From NCBI GenBank assembly GCA_900546795.1, contig UREG01000001.1, forward strand, positions 29,845-93,844: a stretch of DNA of 64,000 nt, read 5' to 3'. Below are positions 48,601 to 58,416 of this stretch, in pieces. The translations under genes were made by a program, and so were the position numbers. The notes beneath the pieces are model-generated. The model was given only the letters and a program-made list of their open reading frames with translations. It searched no databases and had not been told where the DNA came from. The DNA comes from an uncultured Veillonellaceae bacterium (lineage in GTDB: Bacteria > Bacillota > Negativicutes > Veillonellales > Megasphaeraceae). The stretch's first letter is position 1; each line of letters opens with the position of its first letter.

Positions 48601-50243
48601 AAAAAGTCTATCCGGAAATCGCCCGCGTCCGCCATTCCACGCCGGGGGTAGAACTCATCTCTCCGCCGCCGCATCACGATATTTACTCTATCGAAGATCT
48701 GGCAGAGCTCATTTTTGATCTGAAAAACGTCAACCGCACCGCTGCAATCAGCGTCAAACTGGCAGCCGGAGCCGGCGTCGGCACCATTGCCGCCGGCGTA
48801 GCCAAAGCCAAAGCGGACAAAATTCTCATCAGCGGTTACGACGGCGGTACCGGCGCCGCGCCGCGAACCAGCATCAAAAACGCCGGCCTTCCCTGGGAAC
48901 TGGGGATCGCCGAAACGCAGCAAACGCTGCTGCTCAATAAATTAAGAGACCGAGTATCCCTGGAAGCGGACGGCAAACTGCTGACCGGCCGGGACGTAGC
49001 CGTCGCCGCGCTGCTCGGCGCAGAAGAATTCGGGTTCGGCACCGGTCCTTTGATCGCGCTGGGCTGTAAAATGCTCCGCGTCTGCAATCTCAATACCTGC
49101 CCGTTCGGCGTCTGCACCCAGGATAAAAAACTGCGGGAAAAATTCCCCGGCAAGCCGGAACACCTCATGCATTTCATGAAGTTTATCGCCCAAGATCTGC
49201 GGGAAATCATGGCTCGTCTCGGCTTCCGCACCCTGAACGAAATGATCGGCCGCACCGATCGGCTCCGGCAGAAACAGGATATCCACAACTGGAAAGCGGA
49301 GACCGTCAGTCTCGATTCGCTTCTGTTCCGGCCGTATACCGATCCGGACGTAGGCTGCTTCCATCAAAAACAGCAGCGCCACGGCATTGAAAAAACGCTG
49401 GATGCAGGCAAACTCGTCCGCATGTGCGTTCCAGCCATTGAATGCCAAAAACCGGTCCGCGCCCGCCTGAAAATCACCAATACCCATCGGGTAACCGGCG
49501 CTCTTTTAGGCAGTGAAATCACAAAAAAATACGGCGCTCAGGGACTGCCGGAAGATACGATCCGCCTCTCCTTTGTCGGTTCTGCCGGCCAAAGCTTCGG
49601 CGCGTTCATCCCCAAAGGATTGACCCTTTGCCTGGAAGGCGATTCCAACGACTATGTGGGAAAAGGCCTATCCGGCGGAAAAATCATCGTCTATCCGCCT
49701 AAGAACGCGTCCTTTGCCGCCGATGAAAATATCATTATCGGCAACGTGGCATTCTTCGGCGCCACCAGCGGCGAAGCCTATATCAGCGGGGTCGCCGGGG
49801 AACGGTTTGCCGTCCGCAACAGCGGCATTACCGCGGTTACCGAAGGCGTAGGCGACCACGGCTGCGAATACATGACCGGCGGTACCGTCGTCATCCTCGG
49901 CAAAACCGGGCGCAACTTTGCAGCCGGCATGTCCGGCGGCGTCGCCTATGTCCTCGACCTGCGGCCGGAATTGTGCAATACCGCCCTCGTCGATCTGGAA
50001 CCGGTTGCCGATTCGCAGGAACAAAAACAGCTTAAACAGCTGATCACCCGCCACGAACACTATACGGGCAGTAAAAAAGCCGCCTCTTTGCTGGCAGAAT
50101 GGAAGAAAAACAGCAAGCGCTTTACCAAAGTCATTCCAAAAGATTACCGGAAAATGACGGCGCTCATTGCTGAAACCAAAGCCAATGGCGCCAGCCAGGA
50201 AGAAGCGGAAATGGCCGCCTTTGCCGCCACGCATCAAAACTGA
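45690..50243 (+). CDS. gltB: Glutamate synthase large subunit.
   Basis: 1517 aa. N-terminal amidotransferase Cys (DACGMGF) plus central FMN/3Fe-4S and C-terminal GXGXG domains. Terminator at 50262-50290. Confidence 0.95.
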   Translation: MKQYRDLPARQGLYDPSYEKDACGMGFVVNYKGVKSHDIIDQALTILEKLKHRGAEGADAKTGDGAGILVQLPHEFFCRECSVLGFSLPEPGEYGVGMIFAHRYDHFRQRQMAEFEKVVRMEGQTVLGWREVPIDESQIGEAAKSIRPRFLQVFIQKSPDILTQMDFERKLYVIRKQAEKIITPMSQEMGSDFYVASLSSRTIVYKGMLTAEQLRDFYLDLSDLDFVSALAMLHSRFSTNTFPSWARAHPNRYIVHNGEINTINGNINWINAREGKADSPYFPDMTKVFPVVDSTGSDSAMFDNSLEFLYMTGRSLPHAMMMMIPEPWEHNPQMSQEKRDFYKYHSFITEPWDGPAAMAFTDGTVIGGMLDRNGLRPSRYYVTKDDKVIMASEVGVVDEAPENIVYKGRLEPGKMLLIDTAQQRIISDDEIKHTIASEHPYSQWIKKHILHLEDLPKPLLDTKHIMSDLIQQQKAFGYTKEDIQQMIVPMVKTGKEPVGAMGADVPLAVLSDKPQLLYTYFKETFAQVTNPAIDGIREEIVTSASVMVGNAGNMMDPDEPDTAALFMPYPILTNEELDVIKTLKTPQLKTATLSMLYPVNSGTEGLESAIESMCIEAEKAIASGANILLLSDRGVNAKMCAIPALLATAALHSHLIRKNVRPDVGLILESAEPREVHHFCTLIGYGITAVNPYLALETIKDLHAKKLFGAMTCEDAQKNYILASVKGILKVMSKMGISTIRSYHGAQIFEALGIKQDLINQYFPNTPSRIEGIGIPEIAKETALRHVFAFDTDSDLEAGDFYRYSKTGEPHLFTPETIDLLQRACREGNYSIYKEYARKMNNAGLIRLRDLLTFVYPAGGSIPIEEVESVDDIVKRFRTGAMSYGALSKEAHECIAIAMNRIGGKSNCGEGGESAERFALLPNGDDPNDRIKQVSTARFGVTSEYLLHADELQIKCAQGAKPGEGGQLPGKKVYPEIARVRHSTPGVELISPPPHHDIYSIEDLAELIFDLKNVNRTAAISVKLAAGAGVGTIAAGVAKAKADKILISGYDGGTGAAPRTSIKNAGLPWELGIAETQQTLLLNKLRDRVSLEADGKLLTGRDVAVAALLGAEEFGFGTGPLIALGCKMLRVCNLNTCPFGVCTQDKKLREKFPGKPEHLMHFMKFIAQDLREIMARLGFRTLNEMIGRTDRLRQKQDIHNWKAETVSLDSLLFRPYTDPDVGCFHQKQQRHGIEKTLDAGKLVRMCVPAIECQKPVRARLKITNTHRVTGALLGSEITKKYGAQGLPEDTIRLSFVGSAGQSFGAFIPKGLTLCLEGDSNDYVGKGLSGGKIIVYPPKNASFAADENIIIGNVAFFGATSGEAYISGVAGERFAVRNSGITAVTEGVGDHGCEYMTGGTVVILGKTGRNFAAGMSGGVAYVLDLRPELCNTALVDLEPVADSQEQKQLKQLITRHEHYTGSKKAASLLAEWKKNSKRFTKVIPKDYRKMTALIAETKANGASQEEAEMAAFAATHQN

Positions 50244-50261
50244 CAGCATAGCGGTTAATTA

Positions 50262-50290
50262 AGGGAGCCTATACCAGGGCTCCCTTTTCT
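50262..50290 (+). terminator. Terminator after gltB.
   Basis: GGGAGCC-TATACCA-GGGCTCCC followed by TTTTCT. Confidence 0.7.
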
Positions 50291-50555
50291 GCATGCGCTT
50301 TTCTAGTCCGGTATCACTGCCTTGAATCTGTCCCTGCCGCTGGTTCGATCCGAGTCATAATGCACGATACCGCCGGGATTCGTCTCATAATAACTAGATA
50401 AAAGAAGGCAGAATCCTCCTGCGCCGTCTCGTTATCGCAGCCAAAACACTGTGATAAATTCTCACTATTTATATTGTATCTTCTCACCAGCCATAGTATA
50501 ATAAATATATAGCAGTGATTTAGACATACCTATATAAAATAAGGAGTGGTCAGAC

Positions 50556-51047
50556 ATGAAATTAAATGAAAAAGTATTGGCTGCATTAAACGAACAGGTA
50601 AAATTGGAACTCAATTCCGCATATGTATACTTGGGCATGAGCCTCGATATGGCAGACGCTCATTTCAACGGCTACAGCACGTGGCTGCGCAAACAATATC
50701 AGGAAGAAATGGAACATGCGTACAAACTGATTTCCTATATCCAGGGACGTCAGGGCAAAGTAGAACTGGGCGCAATCGCCGCCTATAAAGGCGCATATAC
50801 CTGCCCGCTGGAAACAGCCAAAGCCGTATTGGCTCATGAAGAAGCCGTAACCAGAAGCATTCATGCCCTCTATGAACTGGCAGATGATGAAGACGATTTG
50901 GCTACGCAGAACCTGATCCAGTGGTACATCACGGAACAGATCGAAGAAGAAAGCACGGCACAGGACGTAATCGACCGCTTTGCTATGACAAACGGCAATA
51001 TCGGCGGTATGATGATCATAGACAGCCAGCTTGGCGCTCGTCAGTAA
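50556..51047 (+). CDS. ftnA: Bacterial non-haem ferritin.
   Basis: 163 aa with ferroxidase-centre residues (E...EEMEHA...). Strong terminator at 51068-51125. Confidence 0.88.
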   Translation: MKLNEKVLAALNEQVKLELNSAYVYLGMSLDMADAHFNGYSTWLRKQYQEEMEHAYKLISYIQGRQGKVELGAIAAYKGAYTCPLETAKAVLAHEEAVTRSIHALYELADDEDDLATQNLIQWYITEQIEEESTAQDVIDRFAMTNGNIGGMMIIDSQLGARQ

Positions 51048-51067
51048 TTTTTCCATACGCAATATGA

Positions 51068-51125
51068 AACCGTCCCCGCAAAGGCCAGCCGGAATCCGGC
51101 AGCCTTGCGGGGGCGGTTTTTCTCT
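51068..51125 (+). terminator. Compound hairpin terminator after the ferritin gene.
   Basis: CCGTCCCCGCAAAGGC...GCCTTGCGGGGGCGG long stem with an inner CCGGAATCCGG hairpin, followed by TTTTTCTCT. Confidence 0.8.
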
Positions 51126-51288
51126 GTCCAAAAGCGGTCACATCTCCTCTCTATGAAATCGCTGCCACCGCAGGCGGCGTCCACTCTTCCTAAAAAGACG
51201 CTGCATCTTCTCTATCTAAATATTTTCCATTCAAAAAACAACGCAGCAAGTCCTGCCTGCCGCGCTGCTCCTTTCTATCTCAAACGAT

Positions 51289-51915
51289 TTATTTTCTCTG
51301 CCGCTTCTCCCAGTAATGAACGGCCATACCGGACACGATTGCCAGTACAAACAGCCCCGCCGTCCACCCTGCCGGCAAGGACTGCGACACCACCGCTTCC
51401 CCGCCTGCTGCGCACAAAACTACATACGGCAGTTTTCCCGCCGCATTTGCCAATACATACTCCCTGGTATGCATGCGGCTCACCGCTGCCCACAGCGTAA
51501 CGGCCAGTTTCGGCGAAAACGGAAGCATCCGCGCCGTAAGAACCGCTGCTGCCGTGCCGCAGGCATCTACCTTCGTATCCCACCCTTTCTGACACAACAG
51601 CCGCCGCGCCCGTTCTTGAAATAAAAAACGAAAGCAGAAAAATCCTGCCGTACACCCCGCCGTTTCCGCACTCCACATCCACAGCACCGCTTCCGGCAAA
51701 GGAAGCACCATACCGCTTACCGCCAGCGGCACTAACGAAGGCAGACTGGCCGCGTTCAGACAAAAGACCAGCAAAAATAAGGCAAGTCCCGTATAAGGAA
51801 ACGATCGGGCATATGCCAGCAGCTCTGCAGCGCTTCCCACGCCGCCATACCCATATCCGTAAACGGCTGCTCCCACGCCTGCCGCCAGGGCCGCCGCCAT
51901 TCCAATCCGCTTCAT
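51289..51915 (-). CDS. DedA/VTT-domain-like (TVP38/TMEM64 family) membrane protein.
   Basis: 208 aa, hydrophobic and high-GC. Chosen over the overlapping alternative-frame ORF at 51275-52009 because of membrane-protein character. Weak call. Confidence 0.5.
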   Translation of the reverse strand: MKRIGMAAALAAGVGAAVYGYGYGGVGSAAELLAYARSFPYTGLALFLLVFCLNAASLPSLVPLAVSGMVLPLPEAVLWMWSAETAGCTAGFFCFRFLFQERARRLLCQKGWDTKVDACGTAAAVLTARMLPFSPKLAVTLWAAVSRMHTREYVLANAAGKLPYVVLCAAGGEAVVSQSLPAGWTAGLFVLAIVSGMAVHYWEKRQRK

Positions 51916-52025
51916 CTTCGCTTCCCTCCTGCGCTTTTTTCCTCATTGTACCATAGCCTGCGCCGCGCGGCACAGCGCGCCCCATTTCTCTTGCTCCCTC
52001 TTCCCTCATCTACCGCTGATTTTAC

Positions 52026-52110
52026 GAAAAGTCAAACCTTTTACACAAAAGTCAAATTTCTCTTTTCGTTGTATTGACTTTTTGACTTTTATGGTTATAA
52101 TGATACTAGA
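52026..52110 (+). promoter_or_regulatory. clpB promoter region with four copies of an AAAGTCAA(A) motif (CtsR-operator-like heptads). TTGACT-N15-TATAAT promoter-like elements.
   Basis: Direct repeats AAAAGTCAAA at 52027-52036 and 52047-52056. Inverted tandem TTGACTTTTTGACTTTT at 52075-52091. TATAAT at 52096-52101. Confidence 0.5.
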
Positions 52111-52151
52111 AGATCATTTTACCCGCTATGGATACCAAAGGAGGTCACACT

Positions 52152-54728
52152 ATGGACACTGAAAAATATACAGAAAAAGCGCTGGAAGCCCTGCAATTTG
52201 CACAGCAGACCGCCGCGCTTCGCTATCATCAGGAAATTACGTCGTTTCATCTTTTGGCGGCGCTGACAAAAGAACCGGAAGGTATTCTTGCCGCCATATT
52301 TGAAGCCTGCCATACGGATCTGCCCATGCTCAAAGCACGGACGGAACAGGAATTAAACAAAATCCCCGCGGTCAAAGGCGGCAGCGACCGGCTCGGCATG
52401 AGTACGGAATTGATCCGCGTCATGGGACGGGCGCAGCAGTTGGCCGAAAGCATGAATGACGACTATATCAGCACGGAACACCTGCTTCTGGCTCTTGTCC
52501 AGGACGGCAGCAACGCGGTGCAAGCCTTGTGCCGCCAGTTTGGATTGGACGCTAATTCGGTAAAAACCGCGCTCCAGGCCAACCGCACGCAAAACGTCAA
52601 TTCCAGCAATCCGGAAAGCAATTTTAAAGCCTTGGAAAAATACGGCCGTGACTTAACCGCCGCCGCCAAAAAAGGGAAACTCGATCCTGTAATCGGCCGC
52701 GACGAAGAAATCCGCCGCACCATTGAAATCCTTTCCCGCCGGACCAAAAACAATCCGGTCCTCATCGGGGAGCCGGGTGTCGGCAAAACGGCTATCGTAG
52801 AAGGGCTGGCCCGCCGCATCATTGCCGGCGATGTTCCGGAATCTCTGAAAAATAAAACCCTCTATTCCCTCGACATGGGAGCGCTCATCGCCGGCGCTAA
52901 ATTCCGCGGCGAATTTGAAGAACGGCTCAAAGCCGTATTAAACGAAATCGTAAAATCCGACGGCCAAGTCCTTCTCTTTATCGATGAAATCCATACCGTC
53001 GTCGGCGCCGGCGCTTCCGAAGGCTCCATGGATGCCGGCAACCTGCTCAAACCGATGCTGGCCCGCGGGGAACTGCGCTGCATCGGTGCAACAACGCTCA
53101 ATGAATACCAGAAATACATTGAAAAAGACGCTGCTCTGGAACGGCGGTTCCAGCCGGTCATGGTCGGCGAACCAAGCGTTGAAGATACCATTTCCATTCT
53201 CCGCGGCTTAAAAGAACGGTATGAAGTCCATCACGGCGTACGAATCCGCGACAACGCCCTGGTAGCTGCCGCCGTCCTTTCCGATCGGTATATTTCCGAC
53301 CGCTTCCTGCCGGACAAAGCCATCGACTTAGTCGATGAAGCGGCCGCCAAACTGCGGACCGAAATCGAATCCATGCCGGCTCCGCTCGATGAAGTCAAGC
53401 GGCGGATCATGCAGCTGCAGATTGAAGAACAGGCGATCAGCAAAGAAACAGATGCCGCATCGCAGGAAAAACTGAAAAAAATCCAAGCCGATCAGGCAGA
53501 ACTCAAGGAAAAAGAAGCGGAACTTCTGGCAAAATGGGAATCGGAAAAACAAGCCATTCTCCGTACCCGCTCCATCAAGCAAGAAATGGACGCTCTTAAA
53601 GTAGAAATGGAAAAAGCGGAACGCTCCTATGATTTGAACCGCTTATCCGAATTGAAATACGGCCGCCTGCCGGCTCTGCAAAAAGAACTGGCCGATCAGG
53701 AACAGGCGCTGTCCGCCAACCAGGACAACCAGCTTTTAAAAGAAGAAGTCGGCGAAGAAGATATCGCGTCTGTCGTCAGCCGCTGGACCGGTATCCCCGT
53801 TACCAAAATGATGACCGGCGAACGGGAAAAGCTGCTTCATCTGGAAGACGAACTCCATAAACGCGTCGTTGGCCAGGACAAAGCCGTTCAGGTCGTCAGC
53901 GACGCCATTATCCGGGCCCGCGCCGGCATCAAAGATCCTAACCGGCCGATCGGTTCCTTCATCTTCCTTGGCCCTACGGGCGTAGGGAAAACGGAATTGG
54001 CAAAAGCGCTGGCAGACGCGCTCTTTGACGACGAACGCAATATCGTCCGCATCGACATGAGCGAATACATGGAAAAACATACCGTATCCCGCCTGATCGG
54101 AGCGCCTCCGGGCTATGTGGGCTACGATGAAGGCGGCCAGCTGACCGAAGCGATCCGCCGCCGTCCGTACAGCGTAGTGCTGCTCGATGAAATCGAAAAA
54201 GCGCACCCGGACATCTTCAATATTCTTCTGCAAATCCTCGACGATGGCCGTCTGACCGACGGCAAAGGCCGGGTGGTAAACTTCAAAAATACCATCATCA
54301 TCATGACTTCCAACCTGGGTTCTCATGATATCCTGGAAGAATCGGACTTCTCCAAAGCAGAAGAAAAAGTACACACTCTCTTAAAATCCTACTTCCGTCC
54401 GGAATTCCTCAACCGGATCGACGATATCGTCGTATTCAAAGCCTTGGAAAAAGAACAGGTCCAGAACATTGCCCGAATTCTCCTCACCTCTCTTGGCAAA
54501 CGTCTGGAAAAACAAATCAATATCTCTCTCCAATTTGATCCAGCCGTCCTCACCGCTTTGGCAGATCAGGGCTATGAACCGCAGTTCGGCGCTCGTCCTC
54601 TCCGCCGCCTGATCACCCATACGATTGAAACGGAACTTTCCAAAGAAATCATCAAAGGAAGCGCAGCCGAAGGCGATACACTCCTTCTCGGCTGGGACGG
54701 CGCCCACTTTACCTTTACAAAAAAATAA
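52152..54728 (+). CDS. clpB: ATP-dependent chaperone ClpB. The start is at the second ATG ([11 protein letters not shown]).
   Basis: Two AAA+ modules with a coiled-coil middle domain. AAGGAGG RBS directly before the ATG at 52152. Terminator at 54763-54795. Confidence 0.95.
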   Translation: MDTEKYTEKALEALQFAQQTAALRYHQEITSFHLLAALTKEPEGILAAIFEACHTDLPMLKARTEQELNKIPAVKGGSDRLGMSTELIRVMGRAQQLAESMNDDYISTEHLLLALVQDGSNAVQALCRQFGLDANSVKTALQANRTQNVNSSNPESNFKALEKYGRDLTAAAKKGKLDPVIGRDEEIRRTIEILSRRTKNNPVLIGEPGVGKTAIVEGLARRIIAGDVPESLKNKTLYSLDMGALIAGAKFRGEFEERLKAVLNEIVKSDGQVLLFIDEIHTVVGAGASEGSMDAGNLLKPMLARGELRCIGATTLNEYQKYIEKDAALERRFQPVMVGEPSVEDTISILRGLKERYEVHHGVRIRDNALVAAAVLSDRYISDRFLPDKAIDLVDEAAAKLRTEIESMPAPLDEVKRRIMQLQIEEQAISKETDAASQEKLKKIQADQAELKEKEAELLAKWESEKQAILRTRSIKQEMDALKVEMEKAERSYDLNRLSELKYGRLPALQKELADQEQALSANQDNQLLKEEVGEEDIASVVSRWTGIPVTKMMTGEREKLLHLEDELHKRVVGQDKAVQVVSDAIIRARAGIKDPNRPIGSFIFLGPTGVGKTELAKALADALFDDERNIVRIDMSEYMEKHTVSRLIGAPPGYVGYDEGGQLTEAIRRRPYSVVLLDEIEKAHPDIFNILLQILDDGRLTDGKGRVVNFKNTIIIMTSNLGSHDILEESDFSKAEEKVHTLLKSYFRPEFLNRIDDIVVFKALEKEQVQNIARILLTSLGKRLEKQINISLQFDPAVLTALADQGYEPQFGARPLRRLITHTIETELSKEIIKGSAAEGDTLLLGWDGAHFTFTKK

Positions 54729-54762
54729 CCTCTTCCTCTTTCCCCCTTTTGAGGAACTGCGA

Positions 54763-54795
54763 AACAGGGCGCTGTATCAGCGCCCTGTTTTCTAT
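54763..54795 (+). terminator. Terminator after clpB.
   Basis: ACAGGGCGCTG-TAT-CAGCGCCCTGT followed by TTTCT. Confidence 0.8.
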
Positions 54796-55091
54796 GCCCG
54801 AATATCGCTTCACACCGTTACGCTGCATAGCACGGCACACTCGTACTATTTAATTTTCCAAACCTATTGCAAAGCAGTCTATCGAATCTCTGCGCCGCCA
54901 GCGCCTGCCGTATCCTTTTCTCTGCGCCCGATTTCCTCATGTCCAGCCGGAAAACCGCACGCACGCCGCCAAAGCGGTACATCGTTTGCTCCCATTCTTC
55001 CTCTATACGAAAACGAGCCATGACCAACCGGTCATGGCTCATTCTATGTTGAGAGTTTTATAAGAGATGAGAGTTTTTTGAGATGAGAGTT

Positions 55092-56747
55092 TTACTTTGC
55101 TAATTCGTCTTTGAGGAGAGATAACAAACCAGCAATATTTTTCTTGCCAAAGTGAAGCTTGCCGCCATTAATCTGCATGCACGGCACGCTCATAATATTT
55201 AGTTTTTCTTTTATTTCCGGATAGTACGAGATATCATACACATCGGTTTCTATCCAGGAGCTGGCAGACGCTAACCGCTGTGCTGCCATTACCAGATCCG
55301 GACACATTGTGCAGGACAAGGAGATGTAGATCTGTATCCGCACCGGCTGATGCACCGCTTCAATAGCGGCCGCCGCATCTTCGTCCAGCGCCTGTCCCGG
55401 CCCGGCTGCATTATATAAAGCGATAGCAAAGGAGTTAAATTCATGCCCGCCCGGCACGCCGTGGAACCGCAGTCCCAAATCCCGTCCGCCTTGATCGCAG
55501 ATAGCCAGAACATTTCGTTCTTCGTCCCGCACTGCCGCTACGGCTTCTACGGTAATTTTTTCCGACATTGCCGCCAGTTCCTCCGCCATTCGGCGGTTTT
55601 CCCGGCCGGCTTTGCCGCCGTCTTCATATACCCGCAGCACCAAGGGCCGCTCCATACGCTGAAATACAGGAGCCAGCGCCTGCCGAACCGACGCGTCTAA
55701 AAACGCCCCGCCGGCCGCTTCTGCCGCGGTATCCATTTCGGAAGAAACGGCTTCCGGTTCCGCGGTCCGCGTTTCCGGTACGGCTAATTTTTCCCGTTTC
55801 AGCCCCAGTGTCCGGTACTGCCCGGCCAGATATTTTTCCATATCCGTCGCCGCCACCGCACCGTCCGCTACGGCTGTTACTACCTGCCGCAATTCTTTTA
55901 CACAAATATCTCCGGCTGCGTATATTCCCGGCACATTCGTGCGCTGCTGCCGATCCGTCACGATATATCCCGCTTCGCTGAGCGTGACTTTGCCTTTGGC
56001 CAGACGGTTTTCCGGCTCGTATCCAGCGAATACAAAGAGACCAAAAAACTCGCCGTCGGCTGCCGTCACGGTTCGCTCTTCGCCGGTCAGTGTATCGCGC
56101 ATGCGAATCGACTGCACCGCGCCGCTGCCGCTGACTTCCAGCACTTCCGTATGGAACGATACGGTAATATCCGGGTGTTCCAATACTTCATCTACGACAG
56201 GTCCCGTACAGCGGAATTCACCTGACCGAACGAGCATGTGCACCTTCCGTCCATACCGCGTCAGGAACAAGCTTTCTTCCACTGCGGCAAACCCGCCGCC
56301 GATAACATAAATATCCTTGCCGGTAAAAAATTCGCCGTCGCAGGTCGCACAATACGCCACGCCTTGTCCGCGAAACTCTTCTTCCCCGGCAAACCCGGCT
56401 TTTCGGGGATTTGCGCCCGTCGCCAATATTACGCCCAGCGCTTCGATATCCCCTTTGTTCGTATGGACGACTTTAATATCCCCGTCCATATCGACGGATT
56501 CGACCTGACACATCTGAAATACCGCGCCAAACCGTTCCGCCTGACGCCGCATCGTCTGGGTCAGCGCGCTGCCGCTCGACTGGTATACGCCCGGATAATT
56601 GACTACCTCTGCTGTGATCGTAATCTGACCGCCGAGATCCGCCTTCTCCAATACCAATACAGAAAACCGCGCCCTCGCCAGATACAGCGCGGCAGAAAGC
56701 CCAGCGGGCCCTCCGCCGACGATGACAGCGTCATATCGCTGTTTCAT
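55092..56747 (-). CDS. ahpF: AhpF-like NADH-dependent peroxiredoxin reductase with reversed domain order: N-terminal thioredoxin-reductase-like flavoprotein, C-terminal thioredoxin-like CxxC domain.
   Basis: N-terminus VIVGGGPAGLSAALY and redox CATCDG match TrxR/AhpF-C. The C-terminal about 200 aa carry CTMCPD, like the AhpF N-terminal domain CHNCPD. Lies downstream of ahpC. Confidence 0.82.
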   Translation of the reverse strand: MKQRYDAVIVGGGPAGLSAALYLARARFSVLVLEKADLGGQITITAEVVNYPGVYQSSGSALTQTMRRQAERFGAVFQMCQVESVDMDGDIKVVHTNKGDIEALGVILATGANPRKAGFAGEEEFRGQGVAYCATCDGEFFTGKDIYVIGGGFAAVEESLFLTRYGRKVHMLVRSGEFRCTGPVVDEVLEHPDITVSFHTEVLEVSGSGAVQSIRMRDTLTGEERTVTAADGEFFGLFVFAGYEPENRLAKGKVTLSEAGYIVTDRQQRTNVPGIYAAGDICVKELRQVVTAVADGAVAATDMEKYLAGQYRTLGLKREKLAVPETRTAEPEAVSSEMDTAAEAAGGAFLDASVRQALAPVFQRMERPLVLRVYEDGGKAGRENRRMAEELAAMSEKITVEAVAAVRDEERNVLAICDQGGRDLGLRFHGVPGGHEFNSFAIALYNAAGPGQALDEDAAAAIEAVHQPVRIQIYISLSCTMCPDLVMAAQRLASASSWIETDVYDISYYPEIKEKLNIMSVPCMQINGGKLHFGKKNIAGLLSLLKDELAK

Positions 56748-56761
56748 ATCCGAGTCCTTTC

Positions 56762-57325
56762 TTATAACAGGCCTACCAGATCAATGCTCGGTTTGAGCGT
56801 TTCGCTGCCTGGTTTCCATTTTGCCGGGCAAACCTGATCGCCATGTTCTGCAACGAACTGCGCTGCCTGTACTTTCCGCAGCAATTCGTCGGCGTCACGG
56901 CCCACATTGTCGGCAATGACTTCATAAGAAACAATTTTGCCTTCCGGATTGATGACAAACGTACCGCGTTCTGCCATACCTTCTTCTTCGATCATGACGT
57001 CAAACGCTCTTGCCAAAGCGCCTGTCGGATCTGCCAGCATCGGATATTCCAGCGCTTTGATCCGTTCAGAGTGATCATGCCATGCTTTGTGCACGAAATG
57101 GCTGTCGCAGGAAACGGAATAGATTTCACAGCCGATCTTTTTGAACTCTTCATATTTGTTCTGCAGATCTTCCAATTCCGTCGGGCAAACAAACGTAAAG
57201 TCTGCCGGATAGAAGAAAAATACATTCCATTTTCCAGCCAGGTCCGCCTGGGTTACTTCCTTAAATTCCCCGCCGGCGTACGCCATTACTTTAAAATCTT
57301 CAACTTTTTTGCCAATTAAAGACAT
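56762..57325 (-). CDS. ahpC: Peroxiredoxin AhpC (typical 2-Cys).
   Basis: 187 aa. Peroxidatic Cys in FTFVCPTE and resolving Cys in VCPAKW. Confidence 0.92.
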   Translation of the reverse strand: MSLIGKKVEDFKVMAYAGGEFKEVTQADLAGKWNVFFFYPADFTFVCPTELEDLQNKYEEFKKIGCEIYSVSCDSHFVHKAWHDHSERIKALEYPMLADPTGALARAFDVMIEEEGMAERGTFVINPEGKIVSYEVIADNVGRDADELLRKVQAAQFVAEHGDQVCPAKWKPGSETLKPSIDLVGLL

Positions 57326-57850
57326 GTATATCGTCTCCTTTCAAATGTAACTGTTAATTAATAGTTGTTTTCATTTCAAATCTGTGATTACATTATACTC
57401 ATTCTTAATAAGAGCTGTCAATATTCTATTTCCTACTCAAACGATATATTTTTATTTTGCCAGCCGCTTCCTTTTTCTTATATCGTTTATATCCCTGTTT
57501 TTTCCTGGCATTTCACGCCTTGCTTCTTCGCTGCTGCCGTCCTTATTTTTCATTTTTACGCCCCTTCCGCTGTATCTTCCCCTAATCTAATGCGCTAAAC
57601 TTATCTGCTTTTTATAGGGAAGTACTCTCAATTTTATCCCCCGCCAGTGATTTCTCTCCGTTAGTTAGTCTGCCGCTATGGCTCCCCCTGACGTCCGCAC
57701 CTTCTCTATTCCCTTCCAGCGGAATCAAGCATCGTGTCTGTTCCTTTGGAGCAAATTTCACCGCTTCTTCTGTCCGCTGTTTGCCCGCCTTACTCTTGTT
57801 TATAAGAAGTCCGCCGCCTCTGCCGCCATGCATGCCTTCCAAAAGAAGGC

Positions 57851-57883
57851 AAAAAAATAACGCAGCAGAACGAGCCTGCTGCG
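57851..57883 (-). terminator. Terminator downstream of ybaK.
   Basis: CGCAGCAG-AACGAGC-CTGCTGCG stem followed on the minus strand by TTATTTTTTT. Confidence 0.7.
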
Positions 57884-57915
57884 CCAGCCAGCGCCGAGAT
57901 ACGGCGCAGATTTTT

Positions 57916-58416
57916 CTATTTATTTCCCGATTCATCCGGTTCCTGCCATCCTTTTGATACGTCTACCCATTCTTTGGCATTCGCATAGCGGTAAAGTTCT
58001 TCACAGGTAAGCTCGATCATACTATTGGACGAACCGCAGGCGGGAAAAACGGTAGTAAATCGCTGCAAAGAAATATCCAGATAGACTGCCACGTCCTCAC
58101 GGGTAATAGCAAATGGACATACGCCGCCGATGGCATGGCCGGTAAACGCCTCTACTTCTTCCGGCGTAAGCATGGACGATTTGCAGCCGAAACGGCGTTT
58201 GAACTGGCCGCTGTGTATTTTAGCGTCTCCCGCAGTGACGATAAGAATACAGCCGCCGTCTTTGTCCCGAAAGGTGAGGGATTTAGCGATCCGCGCCGGT
58301 TCCACCCCCAGTGCCTGCGCCGCCAGTTCTACGGTCGCGCTGGAAGTTTCAGTTTCCATGACGTCTTGTTCTTTTCCCAACGTTTTAAAATATTCTTTTA
58401 CGGCTTCTAGCGACAT
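57916..58416 (-). CDS. ybaK: YbaK/ProX-family aminoacyl-tRNA deacylase.
   Basis: 166 aa with YbaK/EbsC-fold conservation (…GGVCPF…). Stop overlaps the start of the beta-carbonic anhydrase gene. Confidence 0.75.
   Translation of the reverse strand: MSLEAVKEYFKTLGKEQDVMETETSSATVELAAQALGVEPARIAKSLTFRDKDGGCILIVTAGDAKIHSGQFKRRFGCKSSMLTPEEVEAFTGHAIGGVCPFAITREDVAVYLDISLQRFTTVFPACGSSNSMIELTCEELYRYANAKEWVDVSKGWQEPDESGNK

Noticed and set aside
51275-52009. Alternative 244-aa frame overlapping the DedA-like ORF
   Set aside because: Arg/Gly-rich translation with no recognisable fold. The membrane-protein frame at 51289-51915 is more plausible. Confidence is low for both.
57612-57935. 107-aa ORF in the 590-bp ahpC-ybaK intergenic region, and the possibility of a structured sRNA there
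   Set aside because: The ORF has no RBS and a low-complexity translation. No match to 6S, tmRNA, SRP or RNase P consensus could be recognised by eye. Only a ybaK terminator hairpin (57851-57883) is supported.
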